Below the pieces are notes generated by a model. It saw only the letters and a list, made by a program, of their open reading frames with translations, was not told where the DNA came from and did no database searches. From the NCBI GenBank assembly GCA_030153785.1, contig JASKLF010000001.1:216896-280895 (forward strand): DNA of 64,000 nucleotides. The letters run 5' to 3'. Source of the stretch: a bacterium (lineage in GTDB: Bacteria > Synergistota > GBS-1). A program made the translations under genes and the position numbers. Below, one piece after another: positions 8,575-18,189 of this stretch (the first letter of the stretch is position 1; each line of letters begins with the position of its first letter).

Positions 8575-10345
8575 GGGCAAACAGCTCCTCAAGGAGTTCT
8601 TTCCTATCTCCATGTTCTATAAATCTATCTGGGATAGCGAAGATTCTAAAATCCCTCGGCTGAATCCCGTACGACAAGAGTATAGATCCAATTTCCTCTC
8701 CAACACCGCCTATTTTGGCTCCCTCTTCGAAAACATAGATCTTATCAAAGTTCTTGGCATTCTCAACTATAACTTCAACATCTAACGGCTTTGCGAAAGC
8801 CAAATCTATAACCCTAAAGTTTGAAAGCCTTAAAGCAAAATCACATGTAGGACCCAAGCAGAATGCCACACCCCCATCCCCGTCCCTCAAAAGATGAGAT
8901 TTACCTATCTCTAACAATTTAGGAGGGCTATCCCAATCGGGCAAACTCTCTGTACATCCTCGCGGATATCTGATTATCACAGGCCTATCCAAGGTTACCG
9001 CGGTATTCAACATATCTCTCAAAGAAGCGCCATCTCTGGGACAAGCTATGATAAGATTAGGCACACATCGTAAGAAAACGAGGTCAAAAACCCCATGATG
9101 AGTTGGACCATCATCACCAACAATTCCTCCTCGGTCAACAGCCAAAACTACCGGCAATTCTTGAAGAGCGATGTCGTGAATAAGTTGGTCATAAGCTCTT
9201 TGTAAAAATGTAGAATATATAGCAACTATGGGCTTCAATCCACCACGAGCGAGACCAGCCGCAAGTCCAAGCATATGTTGTTCAGCTATTCCTACATCAA
9301 TAAAGCGAGAAGGAAACCTTTTAGCAAACTCATCAAGTCCGGTGCCCTTCTTCATTGCAGCTGTAAGACAGACTATCCTCTCGTCTTTAGATGCGAGCTC
9401 TAAAACAGCTTTACCAAATATGAGACTGTATGGCTCCCCCTTTCTTTCCCTACCGGAGACCCTAAAAGGAGGCGTTCCATGGAAGGTTTCCGGGTCTCGC
9501 TCAGCAGGAGGATATCCCTTACCCTTTTTGGTTATCACATGAATTACAACGGGTTTATTAATTTCCTTGGCACTCTCAAAGACCCTCTCCATTAAATCTA
9601 TATTGTGCCCATCAATCGGCCCCCAATGAATCAAGCCAAGTTCCTCAAAGATTGTGCTCTTTATGAGAAACTTCCTGAGTCTCTCTTTCATATCTTCAAG
9701 AAGGTTCTCCACTTCTTTCCCAAAGGGCAAAAAGCGAAGAAAAGAGCGAACCCTTTTCTTTAAGCTGAGCCAACTGGGACGCAATCTTAAACGAGCTAAG
9801 TGTGAAGCGATAGCTCCAACACGGGGGCCTATCGCCATCTCATTGTCATTTAAAATTATCACTACCTTTTTTTTAAGCATCCCTATATGATTAAGGGCCT
9901 CAAGAGCCATGCCAGACATTAAAGAACCATCTCCTATTATCGCAACCACTTCTCCTTTTCCAGCCAAGGCTAAACCCAAAGCCCAAGACAAAGAAGTCCC
10001 ACTATGACCTACGACAAATTTATCCGCAGGACTTTCCTTCGGATTAGGAAAACCGCTTAATCCCCCCCGTTTTCTTATGGTATGAAATTTATCTCCTCTT
10101 CCCGTCAGAATCTTAAAGGGATAACACTGGTGCCCCACATCCCAGATTATATAATCCTCAAATGGGTCCCATACCCTCAAAAGAGCTATGGTCAATTCCA
10201 CAACTCCTAAATTGGAAGATAAATGTCCTCCGTTATTACCAACCACATCGATAATCTTCTCCCTAATCTCAGAGGCAAGAAGCTTAAGCTCATCGCTCCG
10301 TAGCTTTCTAAGGTCTTCAACCCTCTTTATACTTTCAAGGATCAA
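8552..10345 (-). CDS. dxs: 1-deoxy-D-xylulose-5-phosphate synthase
   Basis: GGHLSSNLG, WDVGHQ, GDGS...NDN, GIAEQH, YSTFLQRAYDQ and DGPTHHG motifs. Confidence 0.97.
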   Translation of the reverse strand: MILESIKRVEDLRKLRSDELKLLASEIREKIIDVVGNNGGHLSSNLGVVELTIALLRVWDPFEDYIIWDVGHQCYPFKILTGRGDKFHTIRKRGGLSGFPNPKESPADKFVVGHSGTSLSWALGLALAGKGEVVAIIGDGSLMSGMALEALNHIGMLKKKVVIILNDNEMAIGPRVGAIASHLARLRLRPSWLSLKKRVRSFLRFLPFGKEVENLLEDMKERLRKFLIKSTIFEELGLIHWGPIDGHNIDLMERVFESAKEINKPVVIHVITKKGKGYPPAERDPETFHGTPPFRVSGRERKGEPYSLIFGKAVLELASKDERIVCLTAAMKKGTGLDEFAKRFPSRFIDVGIAEQHMLGLAAGLARGGLKPIVAIYSTFLQRAYDQLIHDIALQELPVVLAVDRGGIVGDDGPTHHGVFDLVFLRCVPNLIIACPRDGASLRDMLNTAVTLDRPVIIRYPRGCTESLPDWDSPPKLLEIGKSHLLRDGDGGVAFCLGPTCDFALRLSNFRVIDLAFAKPLDVEVIVENAKNFDKIYVFEEGAKIGGVGEEIGSILLSYGIQPRDFRIFAIPDRFIEHGDRKELLEELFALEERENR

Positions 10346-10347
10346 AC

Positions 10348-11145
10348 TTATCCAAGCCTCCTCGAAACCATTATGGCCAATTCTTTTAAATCTTCCCCTT
10401 TCTCTCCAAAGGTGGAGGCAAGAAACACAGCCTCATTAATCAATCGCTTAGCTTCCTCCCTTGCCTTATTCAAACCATAAACAGCAGGATAGGTAGGTCC
10501 TTCCTCCTTCTCAAAGTCCAAAATATCATCTACTATTTGAAAGGCCATTCCTAACTTCTCTCCGTATCGAGTTAGAGTGTCAAGCTCCTCAAAAGTTGCC
10601 CCTCCAACCAGCCCACCACATCTGCTAGAAGCCCTTATAAGCGCCATGGTTTTCTTAGAGTGAATATCCTCTATCCTCCCTTCGGTAATATCGAGAACTT
10701 GCCCCCCAACCATGCCAGAAGGACCAGCGGCATAAGCTATCTCAAAGATAACATCCTTTAAAAGGTTACCGCTCAAGCTACTGCTCAATATTTCAAAGGC
10801 ATAGGTTAAAAGGGCATCGCCCGCAAGCACAGCGAGAGCGCACCCAAATTTCTTGTGAGTCGAAGGCTTCCCCCTGCGAAAATCATCATTATCCATACAA
10901 GGGAGGTCATCATGAATTAAAGAATAATTGTGAATTAGCTCGATAGCACAGGCCACTGGAAGCGCATCGCTCAGATGTCCACCAACTGCCTCACAAGAGG
11001 ATAAAACTAAAAGAGGTCTAAATCTCTTCCCACCAGGAAATAGAGAATACTCCATCGCTTCCAAAAGAAGAGAAGGCACCTCTTTTAACTTCATATAGTC
11101 TCTCAACGCCATTTCTATAATCTCAATTTTATCTTCCAGAGCCAC
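10348..11145 (-). CDS. ispA: Polyprenyl (farnesyl/geranylgeranyl) diphosphate synthase
   Basis: GGKRFRP, LIHDDLPCMDNDDFRRG, GQ.LD and FQIVDDILD motifs. Confidence 0.95.
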   Translation of the reverse strand: MALEDKIEIIEMALRDYMKLKEVPSLLLEAMEYSLFPGGKRFRPLLVLSSCEAVGGHLSDALPVACAIELIHNYSLIHDDLPCMDNDDFRRGKPSTHKKFGCALAVLAGDALLTYAFEILSSSLSGNLLKDVIFEIAYAAGPSGMVGGQVLDITEGRIEDIHSKKTMALIRASSRCGGLVGGATFEELDTLTRYGEKLGMAFQIVDDILDFEKEEGPTYPAVYGLNKAREEAKRLINEAVFLASTFGEKGEDLKELAIMVSRRLG

Positions 11146-11176
11146 CTTACCATCTCCTTTCTCAATCTCTATTATG

Positions 11177-11201
11177 ATTATAGCAGTTATTGTGCTATAC
11201 T
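11177..11201. promoter_or_regulatory. Back-to-back divergent extended -10 promoters
   Basis: TGCTATAAT on minus (11185-11177, for ispA) and TGCTATACT on plus (11193-11201). Confidence 0.6.
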
Positions 11202-11232
11202 TCTAAAAAGAAAAGGGAAAGGAGGAGGAACC

Positions 11233-12024
11233 ATGAGATTTAGGTGCGCGGTTTTTATAGTTCTTTTGCTGTCATTTTTACCAACTCTTGCGAGAGGAGA
11301 GGAAAACCCCTTTCTCGCTAAAGCACGCATCAAGCTAATCCAAGCAAAAAAAATCGTCATCTTACCCTTTTCCAGCACCTCAAGGAACCCCATGGAAATA
11401 GAGAGCAGAAGGCTACTTTTTGCTATTAGACAAAGATTCGAAAGCATGGGAAAGCTTGTAATGCCTGAAGAAGATGTATGGAAGCTACTTAGAGAAATGA
11501 ACCTGGTGGAGAGGAAAAATGAATACCAAAAGAAATTGGAAGAGCAACTCGAAACCTACGGATTTAGCAAGGAAATGCACGAATATCTAAAAGAGAACGA
11601 CCCCAGGCTTCTAAGCGAACCCTTTATGCTTGCATTAACGAAAGAAGAAATCAAAAAAATCGGAAGCTACTTTAAAGCGGACATAATAGTAAGAGGTTGT
11701 ATAGTAGATTACGGCACGATGGATGTTTCCAGCGGAAGCCCTTTAAGTCAACTCCTCGGGGGAATTGCCCCATTCGTAACAGCTCAGAGGATAGGGGTAG
11801 CCATTGCCATAGGAAGCTATATTCCCTCTACCGATAAACAAGGAGTAGTTCAAATGACCATTCACCTTTGTGATGGAGAAAGCGGAGAGCTCCTTTACGG
11901 AAAGTCCCTCTTTTCTACATACAAACCCCTCTTCTCTAACTTAAAAAGCAAAGCTGTCTTGCTTCAGGGAGCAATTCAGAGAGCTTTAGAAACCTTCTTT
12001 GAAGAGTTTTCTGAAGTTAATTAA
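11233..12024 (+). CDS. Exported protein with a CsgG/HfaB/FlgO (TolB-N)-like domain
   Basis: Signal peptide; KIVILPF...KKIGSYFKADIIVRG...QMTIHLCDGESGELL pattern. Confidence 0.6.
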   Translation: MRFRCAVFIVLLLSFLPTLARGEENPFLAKARIKLIQAKKIVILPFSSTSRNPMEIESRRLLFAIRQRFESMGKLVMPEEDVWKLLREMNLVERKNEYQKKLEEQLETYGFSKEMHEYLKENDPRLLSEPFMLALTKEEIKKIGSYFKADIIVRGCIVDYGTMDVSSGSPLSQLLGGIAPFVTAQRIGVAIAIGSYIPSTDKQGVVQMTIHLCDGESGELLYGKSLFSTYKPLFSNLKSKAVLLQGAIQRALETFFEEFSEVN

Positions 12025-12797
12025 AGCTCGTTTTCCCGCTTCCACGCTTCATAAAGTTTCCTATCATAAAGATTAGGGAAAAGAGCCCTTAAGACAACAA
12101 AAAGGTTATAACGGAAAGGCCAAACGAGAACCCTCTTTCTCTTCAAATAGGCATCATAAACCGCTTTTGCAAAAAGGGAGGGGTCTTCCCTTCTGCCCAA
12201 TGGGGGGTGCCTTAAGCTGCCCAATGTCCTTTCCGTAAACTCCGTTTTAATCCTTCCTGCTTCCACGTTAAGCACATTTATATCTCTCTCCACTAATTCA
12301 GCTCTCAGGCTTTCCATTATAGAGCTTAAAGCAGACTTACTGGCACCGTATCCCCCCATAAAGGGAACTGGTAAACGCGCCGTTATAGAAGAGATGTTTA
12401 TTATGGTTCCCCCATTCTTCATATGCCTCAGGGCTTCCTTAGTCAGCCGAAATGGGGAAAAAAAGTTCACTTCAAACACATAACGCAAATCCTCTTCGCT
12501 CATATCCTCAAAGCCTTCATAAATGCCAACGCCTGCCCCATTTATAAGGACATCTATCTTGCCAAAACTATTTAAAGCCTTTCGAACCACTTCAACTTCA
12601 TTCCTCTTTAAGGCGTCATAGATACATACTTCCACCTTAGCCCAGCCAAGTTCCCTCTCGAGCAAGCGAAGCTTCTCTTTCGACCTACCGCATAAAAGGA
12701 GAGAAAAACCCTCTTCAGCAAATTTCAAACTTAAAGCTCTCCCTATTCCACCTGTAGCTCCCGTTATTATACAAACCTTACTCACGTTTTTACTCAT
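12021..12797 (-). CDS. Short-chain dehydrogenase/reductase
   Basis: TGATGGIG, NGAG and YGASK motifs; start placed at ATG 12797, downstream of the TGgTATACT -10. Confidence 0.93.
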   Translation of the reverse strand: MSKNVSKVCIITGATGGIGRALSLKFAEEGFSLLLCGRSKEKLRLLERELGWAKVEVCIYDALKRNEVEVVRKALNSFGKIDVLINGAGVGIYEGFEDMSEEDLRYVFEVNFFSPFRLTKEALRHMKNGGTIINISSITARLPVPFMGGYGASKSALSSIMESLRAELVERDINVLNVEAGRIKTEFTERTLGSLRHPPLGRREDPSLFAKAVYDAYLKRKRVLVWPFRYNLFVVLRALFPNLYDRKLYEAWKRENEL

Positions 12798-12849
12798 CAA
12801 CACAAAGTATACCATAAATACTACCCATAATTAGTGCTATAATAGCTTT

Positions 12850-13974
12850 ATGAAGGTTGCGTTAAGAAAAATTCCCGAGATAAGCTACGAGCATATAAAA
12901 ACAAAGATTAAAGAGATTTTCGACCTTCTTGGTGGAGTTGAAAAGTTTATATCTCCCAACAATAAGGTTTTGATCAAGCCTAACCTTCTTTCCCCATCAA
13001 AGATAGAAGAAGCGAGAATAACCGACCCGAGGGTTATTGAAGCTGTCGTTGAGATTATCCACCCAATAGCATCAGAAATATGGATAGGTGATAGCTCGGG
13101 CATCTCAACGAAAAGCGCAACTCAGAGAACAATGGAAAGTATAGCTTTACATGAGCTACCTCAGAAATACCCGAAAGTTAAGCTAAGAAACTTTGACGAA
13201 GAAGGTAAAAGGACCAAAGAGATAAGTTTAGGAAAAAGAGGTAAAATGCATGTGGCGGTAGCAGAGGCAGTTTTCCAAGCGGATAAGATAATCAACCTAC
13301 CTAAGCTAAAGACGCACAACCTTACCGTTATGACCTGTGCCGTTAAGAACACCTTCGGCTGTCTTCCTGGAAGTCAGAAGGCAAGAGTTCACGCCGAAGC
13401 CAGGGACGCGGAAAACTTCGCCCATGCGTTGATAGATCTCCATCTCATCGCAAAGCCAACCATCACAATAGTGGATGCAACCTTATCCATGGAAGGAGAA
13501 GGACCATCGTGGGGAAAACCAATAGAAACAAAACTCCTTTTCGGAGGAGAAAACTCTTTCGCGGTAGACTTAGTAGCATCAAGAATAATGGGATTCGTCC
13601 CTCATAAAATTCCAACCATAAAGGTAGCAGAGGAAAGAAACCTAAATCCGGAAAAAGTAGATATAGTGGGAGAGAGATTAGAGGAAGTAAGTTTCAGCTT
13701 TGAGGCTCCAAAAAGCATGATTTTGGCTAGGGCTCTACCTTCCTTCATATGGAGAGGGCTAACACCCAAGATAAAGATGAACGAAGAAAAGTGCATAAAA
13801 TGTGGAATATGTGCTAAAAACTGTCCGGAAAGGGCAATTACCCTGAGTCCCTTTCCAAGGGTCAACTATGATAAGTGCATCTTATGCTTCTGCTGTCATG
13901 AGCTTTGTCCCGTAGGAGCGGTGCAAATACAGGAAAGATTATTATCAAAGTTATTTCTGTGTGGGGTGAGATAG
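12850..13974 (+). CDS. DUF362 domain Fe-S protein with C-terminal 2x[4Fe-4S] ferredoxin domain
   Basis: VLIKPNL, INLPKLKTH, AVKN.FG and EGEGP motifs; two CxxCxxCxxxCP motifs. Confidence 0.92.
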   Translation: MKVALRKIPEISYEHIKTKIKEIFDLLGGVEKFISPNNKVLIKPNLLSPSKIEEARITDPRVIEAVVEIIHPIASEIWIGDSSGISTKSATQRTMESIALHELPQKYPKVKLRNFDEEGKRTKEISLGKRGKMHVAVAEAVFQADKIINLPKLKTHNLTVMTCAVKNTFGCLPGSQKARVHAEARDAENFAHALIDLHLIAKPTITIVDATLSMEGEGPSWGKPIETKLLFGGENSFAVDLVASRIMGFVPHKIPTIKVAEERNLNPEKVDIVGERLEEVSFSFEAPKSMILARALPSFIWRGLTPKIKMNEEKCIKCGICAKNCPERAITLSPFPRVNYDKCILCFCCHELCPVGAVQIQERLLSKLFLCGVR

Positions 13975-13977
13975 GAC

Positions 13978-14505
13978 GTGAATTTAGCAATTAAATTAAC
14001 ACTTTTAAGAATGGTTTTAACGATACCCTTTATAGCTGCGTGTCTCTGGGAAGAGGGAAACTTAAAACTTGCCTCGCTTATACTCTTCTCAGTAGCCTCG
14101 TTAACCGATTATCTCGATGGCAGGATAGCCAGGGCAAAGAAGATAATAACTGATGCAGGTAAAATCTTAGATCCTATAGCAGATAAGATTCTAATCACGG
14201 GCGCCTTTGTGAGCTTCGTCCAACTTGGAAAGGTACCTGCATGGATAGCAATCGTAGTGATAACAAGAGAGTTTTTAGTGACAGGCTTGCGGACCTTAGC
14301 AGCAAACAAGAGCATAATCATATCGGCAAGCTTTTTTGGAAAGGCAAAAATGTTTCTCCAGACCATAGCGGTATTCACAATACTATTGGGTTTCAACGAA
14401 ACCATTACTCTCATAGTATTATGGACAACGGCCATAGTAACGATACTTTCGGGGTTAGATTATTTTATTAAAAACAAAGAAATAATAAGGGAGGCGCTGA
14501 AATAG
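13978..14505 (+). CDS. pgsA: CDP-diacylglycerol--glycerol-3-phosphate 3-phosphatidyltransferase
   Basis: TDYLDGRIAR...GKILDPIADK and REFLVTGLR motifs. Confidence 0.95.
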   Translation: MNLAIKLTLLRMVLTIPFIAACLWEEGNLKLASLILFSVASLTDYLDGRIARAKKIITDAGKILDPIADKILITGAFVSFVQLGKVPAWIAIVVITREFLVTGLRTLAANKSIIISASFFGKAKMFLQTIAVFTILLGFNETITLIVLWTTAIVTILSGLDYFIKNKEIIREALK

Positions 14506-14507
14506 AA

Positions 14508-15116
14508 ATGGAAGTTATTGCTTTTATCATTATCGGCTTCCTATTCGGGTCTTTCCCTACAGGCTACGTCTATGGAAAGCTCCTTTTCGGGATAGATATT
14601 AGGAAGCACGGAAGCGGAAACATTGGCATGGCAAACGTCAGAAGAACCCTTGGGAAAAAGGCCGCGCTTATAACTCTGATTGGGGACCTCATAAAAGGAG
14701 CTATTCCCTATCTTCTAACCCTGAAGTATACAGGCTCTTATGAAATCGCTTTATCCTCTGGCTTTGCTGCCATATGCGGACACATATGGACACCATTTTT
14801 AGGCTTCAAAGGAGGAAAAGGTATAGCTACAACCTATGGTGTCCTTGCGGCTGCATCCCTGCCTGTAGCCATCCTGTCCGCTTTCGTCTGGTATATCATG
14901 GTTAAGGTAACAAGATATTCCTCGTTAGGCTCTCTTTGTGGAGTTGGCTCCAGTATAGCTTGGGCTTATGTTTTGCCCTTCTCTCCTAAAGCCCTTCCCT
15001 TTTTCTCTCTAATAACTTTCATCCTCGTTCTCTATACTCACAGAGAGAATATAAGAAGGCTTATCAAGGGGGAGGAATTAACCATAGATGGAAAACCAAA
15101 GATTAGAGGAGATTGA
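14508..15116 (+). CDS. plsY: Glycerol-3-phosphate acyltransferase PlsY
   Basis: DIRKHGSGNIG.AN..R, FKGGKGIAT and HRENI.RL motifs. Confidence 0.96.
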   Translation: MEVIAFIIIGFLFGSFPTGYVYGKLLFGIDIRKHGSGNIGMANVRRTLGKKAALITLIGDLIKGAIPYLLTLKYTGSYEIALSSGFAAICGHIWTPFLGFKGGKGIATTYGVLAAASLPVAILSAFVWYIMVKVTRYSSLGSLCGVGSSIAWAYVLPFSPKALPFFSLITFILVLYTHRENIRRLIKGEELTIDGKPKIRGD

Positions 15117-15951
15117 AAACATCTCATCCCCCTGCAGGTTATGCCCTCACGAATGCAAAGCTGAAAGGAATGAGAAAAAAGCGGGTTTTTGCAGAGTACC
15201 TACATTGGAACCCATGATAAGTAGTTACGGCCCCCACTTTGGAGAAGAAAGTTTCCTTGTTGGAAGAGGTGGATCCGGAACAATATTTTTTACTTACTGT
15301 AATATGAAATGCGTTTTCTGCCAAAATTACGATATAAGCCAGTTAGGATATGGTAAGGTCATAAAGGTGGAAGACTTAGCTAAGATAATGTTAACGCTTC
15401 AAAAGGCAGGCTGTCACAATATCAACCTTGTAACACCCACTCCACATATTCTTTCCATAGTCAAGGCTATAGAGCTTGCCAAGGCTAAAGGACTCCACAT
15501 ACCAATAGTCTATAATTGTGGGGGATATGAGTCTGTTAAAACCCTAAAGCTCCTTAAAGGGGTAATCGACATCTACATGCCAGACTTCAAATATGGAGAA
15601 TCAGAAGCGGGAGAGGAGCTATCCAAGGTTAAGAACTATACGGAGATCGCTCTTCAAGCTATAGAAGAAATGCTATCACAGGTTGGGCATTTAGAGATCG
15701 GTCCAGATGGAATAGCAAGAAAGGGAGTTTTCATAAGACACCTTATCATGCCCAACGATGCCGCATCGTCCTTTAAAGCCCTTGAGCTCCTTGCCGAAAA
15801 CTTTCCCGGGATAGCTGTTAATATCATGGATCAGTATTATCCAACCTATCTTGCTGAAAGATACCCCAAAATATCAAGAAGAATAAATGCGAGAGAGTGG
15901 AGCGAGATCCTGAAATTCGCTGGTAGCCTCAGACTAAGAATAGTAAGCTAA
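15088..15951 (+). CDS. Radical SAM protein, PflX-like
   Basis: CRLCPHEC, PHFGEE, GSGTIFF, CxxxCxxC and NINLVTPT motifs. Confidence 0.9.
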   Translation: MENQRLEEIENISSPCRLCPHECKAERNEKKAGFCRVPTLEPMISSYGPHFGEESFLVGRGGSGTIFFTYCNMKCVFCQNYDISQLGYGKVIKVEDLAKIMLTLQKAGCHNINLVTPTPHILSIVKAIELAKAKGLHIPIVYNCGGYESVKTLKLLKGVIDIYMPDFKYGESEAGEELSKVKNYTEIALQAIEEMLSQVGHLEIGPDGIARKGVFIRHLIMPNDAASSFKALELLAENFPGIAVNIMDQYYPTYLAERYPKISRRINAREWSEILKFAGSLRLRIVS

Positions 15952-17860
15952 CCGCCCTTGCAAACATAGCGAGAACAAAGGCAATAACAAAGGTTAAAAG
16001 AAAAACAAAAAGAGACCTCCTTATACCTATCTCTTTTATCAAAGCCCCCAAGGTAGATATGCACGGAAAGTAGAATATAATAAAAACTGTAAACACGAGA
16101 ATTTGGGAAGGAAGTAAAACCGATAAATCCCCACCTAAAGCCTGCCTGAGCATTAATAAAGATAGCTCTTTCCTCAAAAGGCCAAATATGAGGGTAACGC
16201 CCGCTGAAACGGGAAGACCAAGGGAACGGGTGAGAAAACTAAAGATGGAATTTATTTTATCCTCAAAATCATAGTAAGTAATTAATGATAAAAGAATACT
16301 TCCTCCTATTAGAAGAGGCCACGCTACTATTAAAAACTCTCTAAGCCTAAGCCACGTTTTCGCCAAAAGACCCTTTAAGGTAGGCAAGCGATACGGCGGG
16401 ACCTCCATTATAAGCCCCTCACAATATCCGGGAAGGAGCTTAGAAAAGGCCCATCCTAAAATGCCAACTATTACAAGGTTTAAAATATAAAGAAAAGAGA
16501 CCCAACCTCCACCAAGGTAAAAGCCAACAAGTCCCATTATTATTGTCATCCTAGCAGCACACGGAATTAAAACGGTTAATATGGAAGCAATAAACCGATC
16601 ACGCGAGCTCTCGAGTATCCTTATAGCCATCACGCCCGGGACATTGCAACCGTATCCCAGAATGAGGGGCAATATTGCCTTTCCATGAAGGCCTATCCTA
16701 TGCATCAATGCATCTACAAGAAACGCTATCCTTGGAAGATACCCAAGATCTTCAAGAAAAGACAAGCCCAATAGAAAGGGGAAGAGATATGGTAGAACAA
16801 TAGCAAGTCCCCCAGTAAAACCATCATATATCCCCTTAATTATGTACGAAGCCAAGCCCTCCGAACCCCAAAAAGGCGAAATTTTCTCGTAAAAACTCTC
16901 AAAGAAAGCGAGAAGAGGACCTTCTAATAAAGAACCGAACTTAAAAATAAAGGAGAAGAAAAGGTACAAGGTCAAAACAAGCAAAGGATAACCTATATAG
17001 GGATTAAGAACGAAGGTATCTATCTTCTCCCTTATGGTCTCCTTTCCTTTCTTAACCTTAGCAACTTGCTCAAACACATTGAAGGCAAGAGCGTGCCGTT
17101 GAGAAGCTATTATTTCATCAGGTTCCCTACCATATTCCTTTAATATCCTCTCCCTCGCCTGAGCTACAAAATCCGTGAGCTCAGGGGCATATCTATAAAC
17201 TATAGAGCTTATCTCTTGGTCTCCTTCTAAAAGTTTAAGGGCAAGAAACCTCTTTGGGAATCTACCCACTATATTAACGTTACTTAACCTATTTTCCAGG
17301 CCTTCAATTTCTCTTTCAATAGCCCCACAAAATTTAAGGGGAGAGGCTTTAACCCCTTCCTCGATAGCCATAAGGGCGGTTTCGAAAAGTTCTTTTAATC
17401 CCCTGCCCCTGTTAGCAACCGTTGCAACCACGGGAATACCTAAAATCGTCGAAAGTTTTTCCACTTCTATGATTACTCCCTTTTCCGCAGCTTCATCCAT
17501 CATGTTAAGACAGAGTATCATCGGAAGCTCCAACTCCATAAGCTCAATGGTAAACTCAAGGCTCCTTGAAAGGAGTGAAGCATCAAGAACATTTATATAA
17601 AGATCAGCCCCCGTTTTAAGCATAAATTTCCGCGCTTCCCTTTCGGCTTCATCAACAGGAGAAAGAGAGTAAATACCTGGAAGATCCACCAGCTCAAAAA
17701 CTCTGTTACCGAAGCGAATATCGCTCACCGTATACGAAACTGTGGTCCCCGGGAAATTGGAGGCGATGGACTTATAGCCTGCCACCTGATTAAATATGGT
17801 GCTCTTACCACAGTTAGGTTGTCCAACGAGAGCAATTCTTACTCTATCTTTTCCACCCAA
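15929..17860 (-). CDS. feoB: Ferrous iron transport protein B
   Basis: GQPNCGKST, NFPGTT, DLPG and NMMD GTPase motifs; gate-domain GYGCNVP. Confidence 0.96.
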   Translation of the reverse strand: MGGKDRVRIALVGQPNCGKSTIFNQVAGYKSIASNFPGTTVSYTVSDIRFGNRVFELVDLPGIYSLSPVDEAEREARKFMLKTGADLYINVLDASLLSRSLEFTIELMELELPMILCLNMMDEAAEKGVIIEVEKLSTILGIPVVATVANRGRGLKELFETALMAIEEGVKASPLKFCGAIEREIEGLENRLSNVNIVGRFPKRFLALKLLEGDQEISSIVYRYAPELTDFVAQARERILKEYGREPDEIIASQRHALAFNVFEQVAKVKKGKETIREKIDTFVLNPYIGYPLLVLTLYLFFSFIFKFGSLLEGPLLAFFESFYEKISPFWGSEGLASYIIKGIYDGFTGGLAIVLPYLFPFLLGLSFLEDLGYLPRIAFLVDALMHRIGLHGKAILPLILGYGCNVPGVMAIRILESSRDRFIASILTVLIPCAARMTIIMGLVGFYLGGGWVSFLYILNLVIVGILGWAFSKLLPGYCEGLIMEVPPYRLPTLKGLLAKTWLRLREFLIVAWPLLIGGSILLSLITYYDFEDKINSIFSFLTRSLGLPVSAGVTLIFGLLRKELSLLMLRQALGGDLSVLLPSQILVFTVFIIFYFPCISTLGALIKEIGIRRSLFVFLLTFVIAFVLAMFARAVSLLFLV

Positions 17861-18078
17861 ATTCTCGATGCCACCCCTCTTCCAAGAGCGATTCGCGCAT
17901 TATTTACCTCTACCATCAAAGGACAACCTAAAACAGCGCTTTTTGCAATCTTTACCTCAACTCCAGGTATTATCCCTAATTGAACAAGCCTCATCCTAAA
18001 GCCTTTTCCACCAACAATGTCTACTACTTTCCCTTTTTCCCCTTCGTCTAATTTATCTAAAGGGAGAACCTCCCTCAT
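17839..18078 (-). CDS. feoA: Ferrous iron transport protein A
   Basis: RL..LGIIPG..V...P..VEV...RIALG; adjacent to feoB. Confidence 0.93.
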   Translation of the reverse strand: MREVLPLDKLDEGEKGKVVDIVGGKGFRMRLVQLGIIPGVEVKIAKSAVLGCPLMVEVNNARIALGRGVASRIWVEKIE

Positions 18079-18134
18079 TTACATCCCACCTTTATCCTTT
18101 ATCAGCTTAAGTATTATACTCCATTTTAAACCAT

Positions 18135-18172
18135 AAAAAAAGCGCCCCCTTAAGAATTAGGGGGCGCTTTTT
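18135..18172. terminator. Bidirectional intrinsic terminator downstream of uxuA
   Basis: AAAAAAA-GCGCCCCCT-loop-AGGGGGCGC-TTTTT. Confidence 0.88.
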
Positions 18173-18189
18173 CTCAAAGAAATTTATAA

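Noticed and set aside
3817-15951. Extra encapsulin cargo peptides at the C-termini of RraA (DRLGLKEE), Ldh_2 (GSSLRLN) and PflX (GSLRLRIVS)
   Set aside because: Weak matches with no flexible linker; they look like ordinary terminal residues, and the genes are far from the encapsulin
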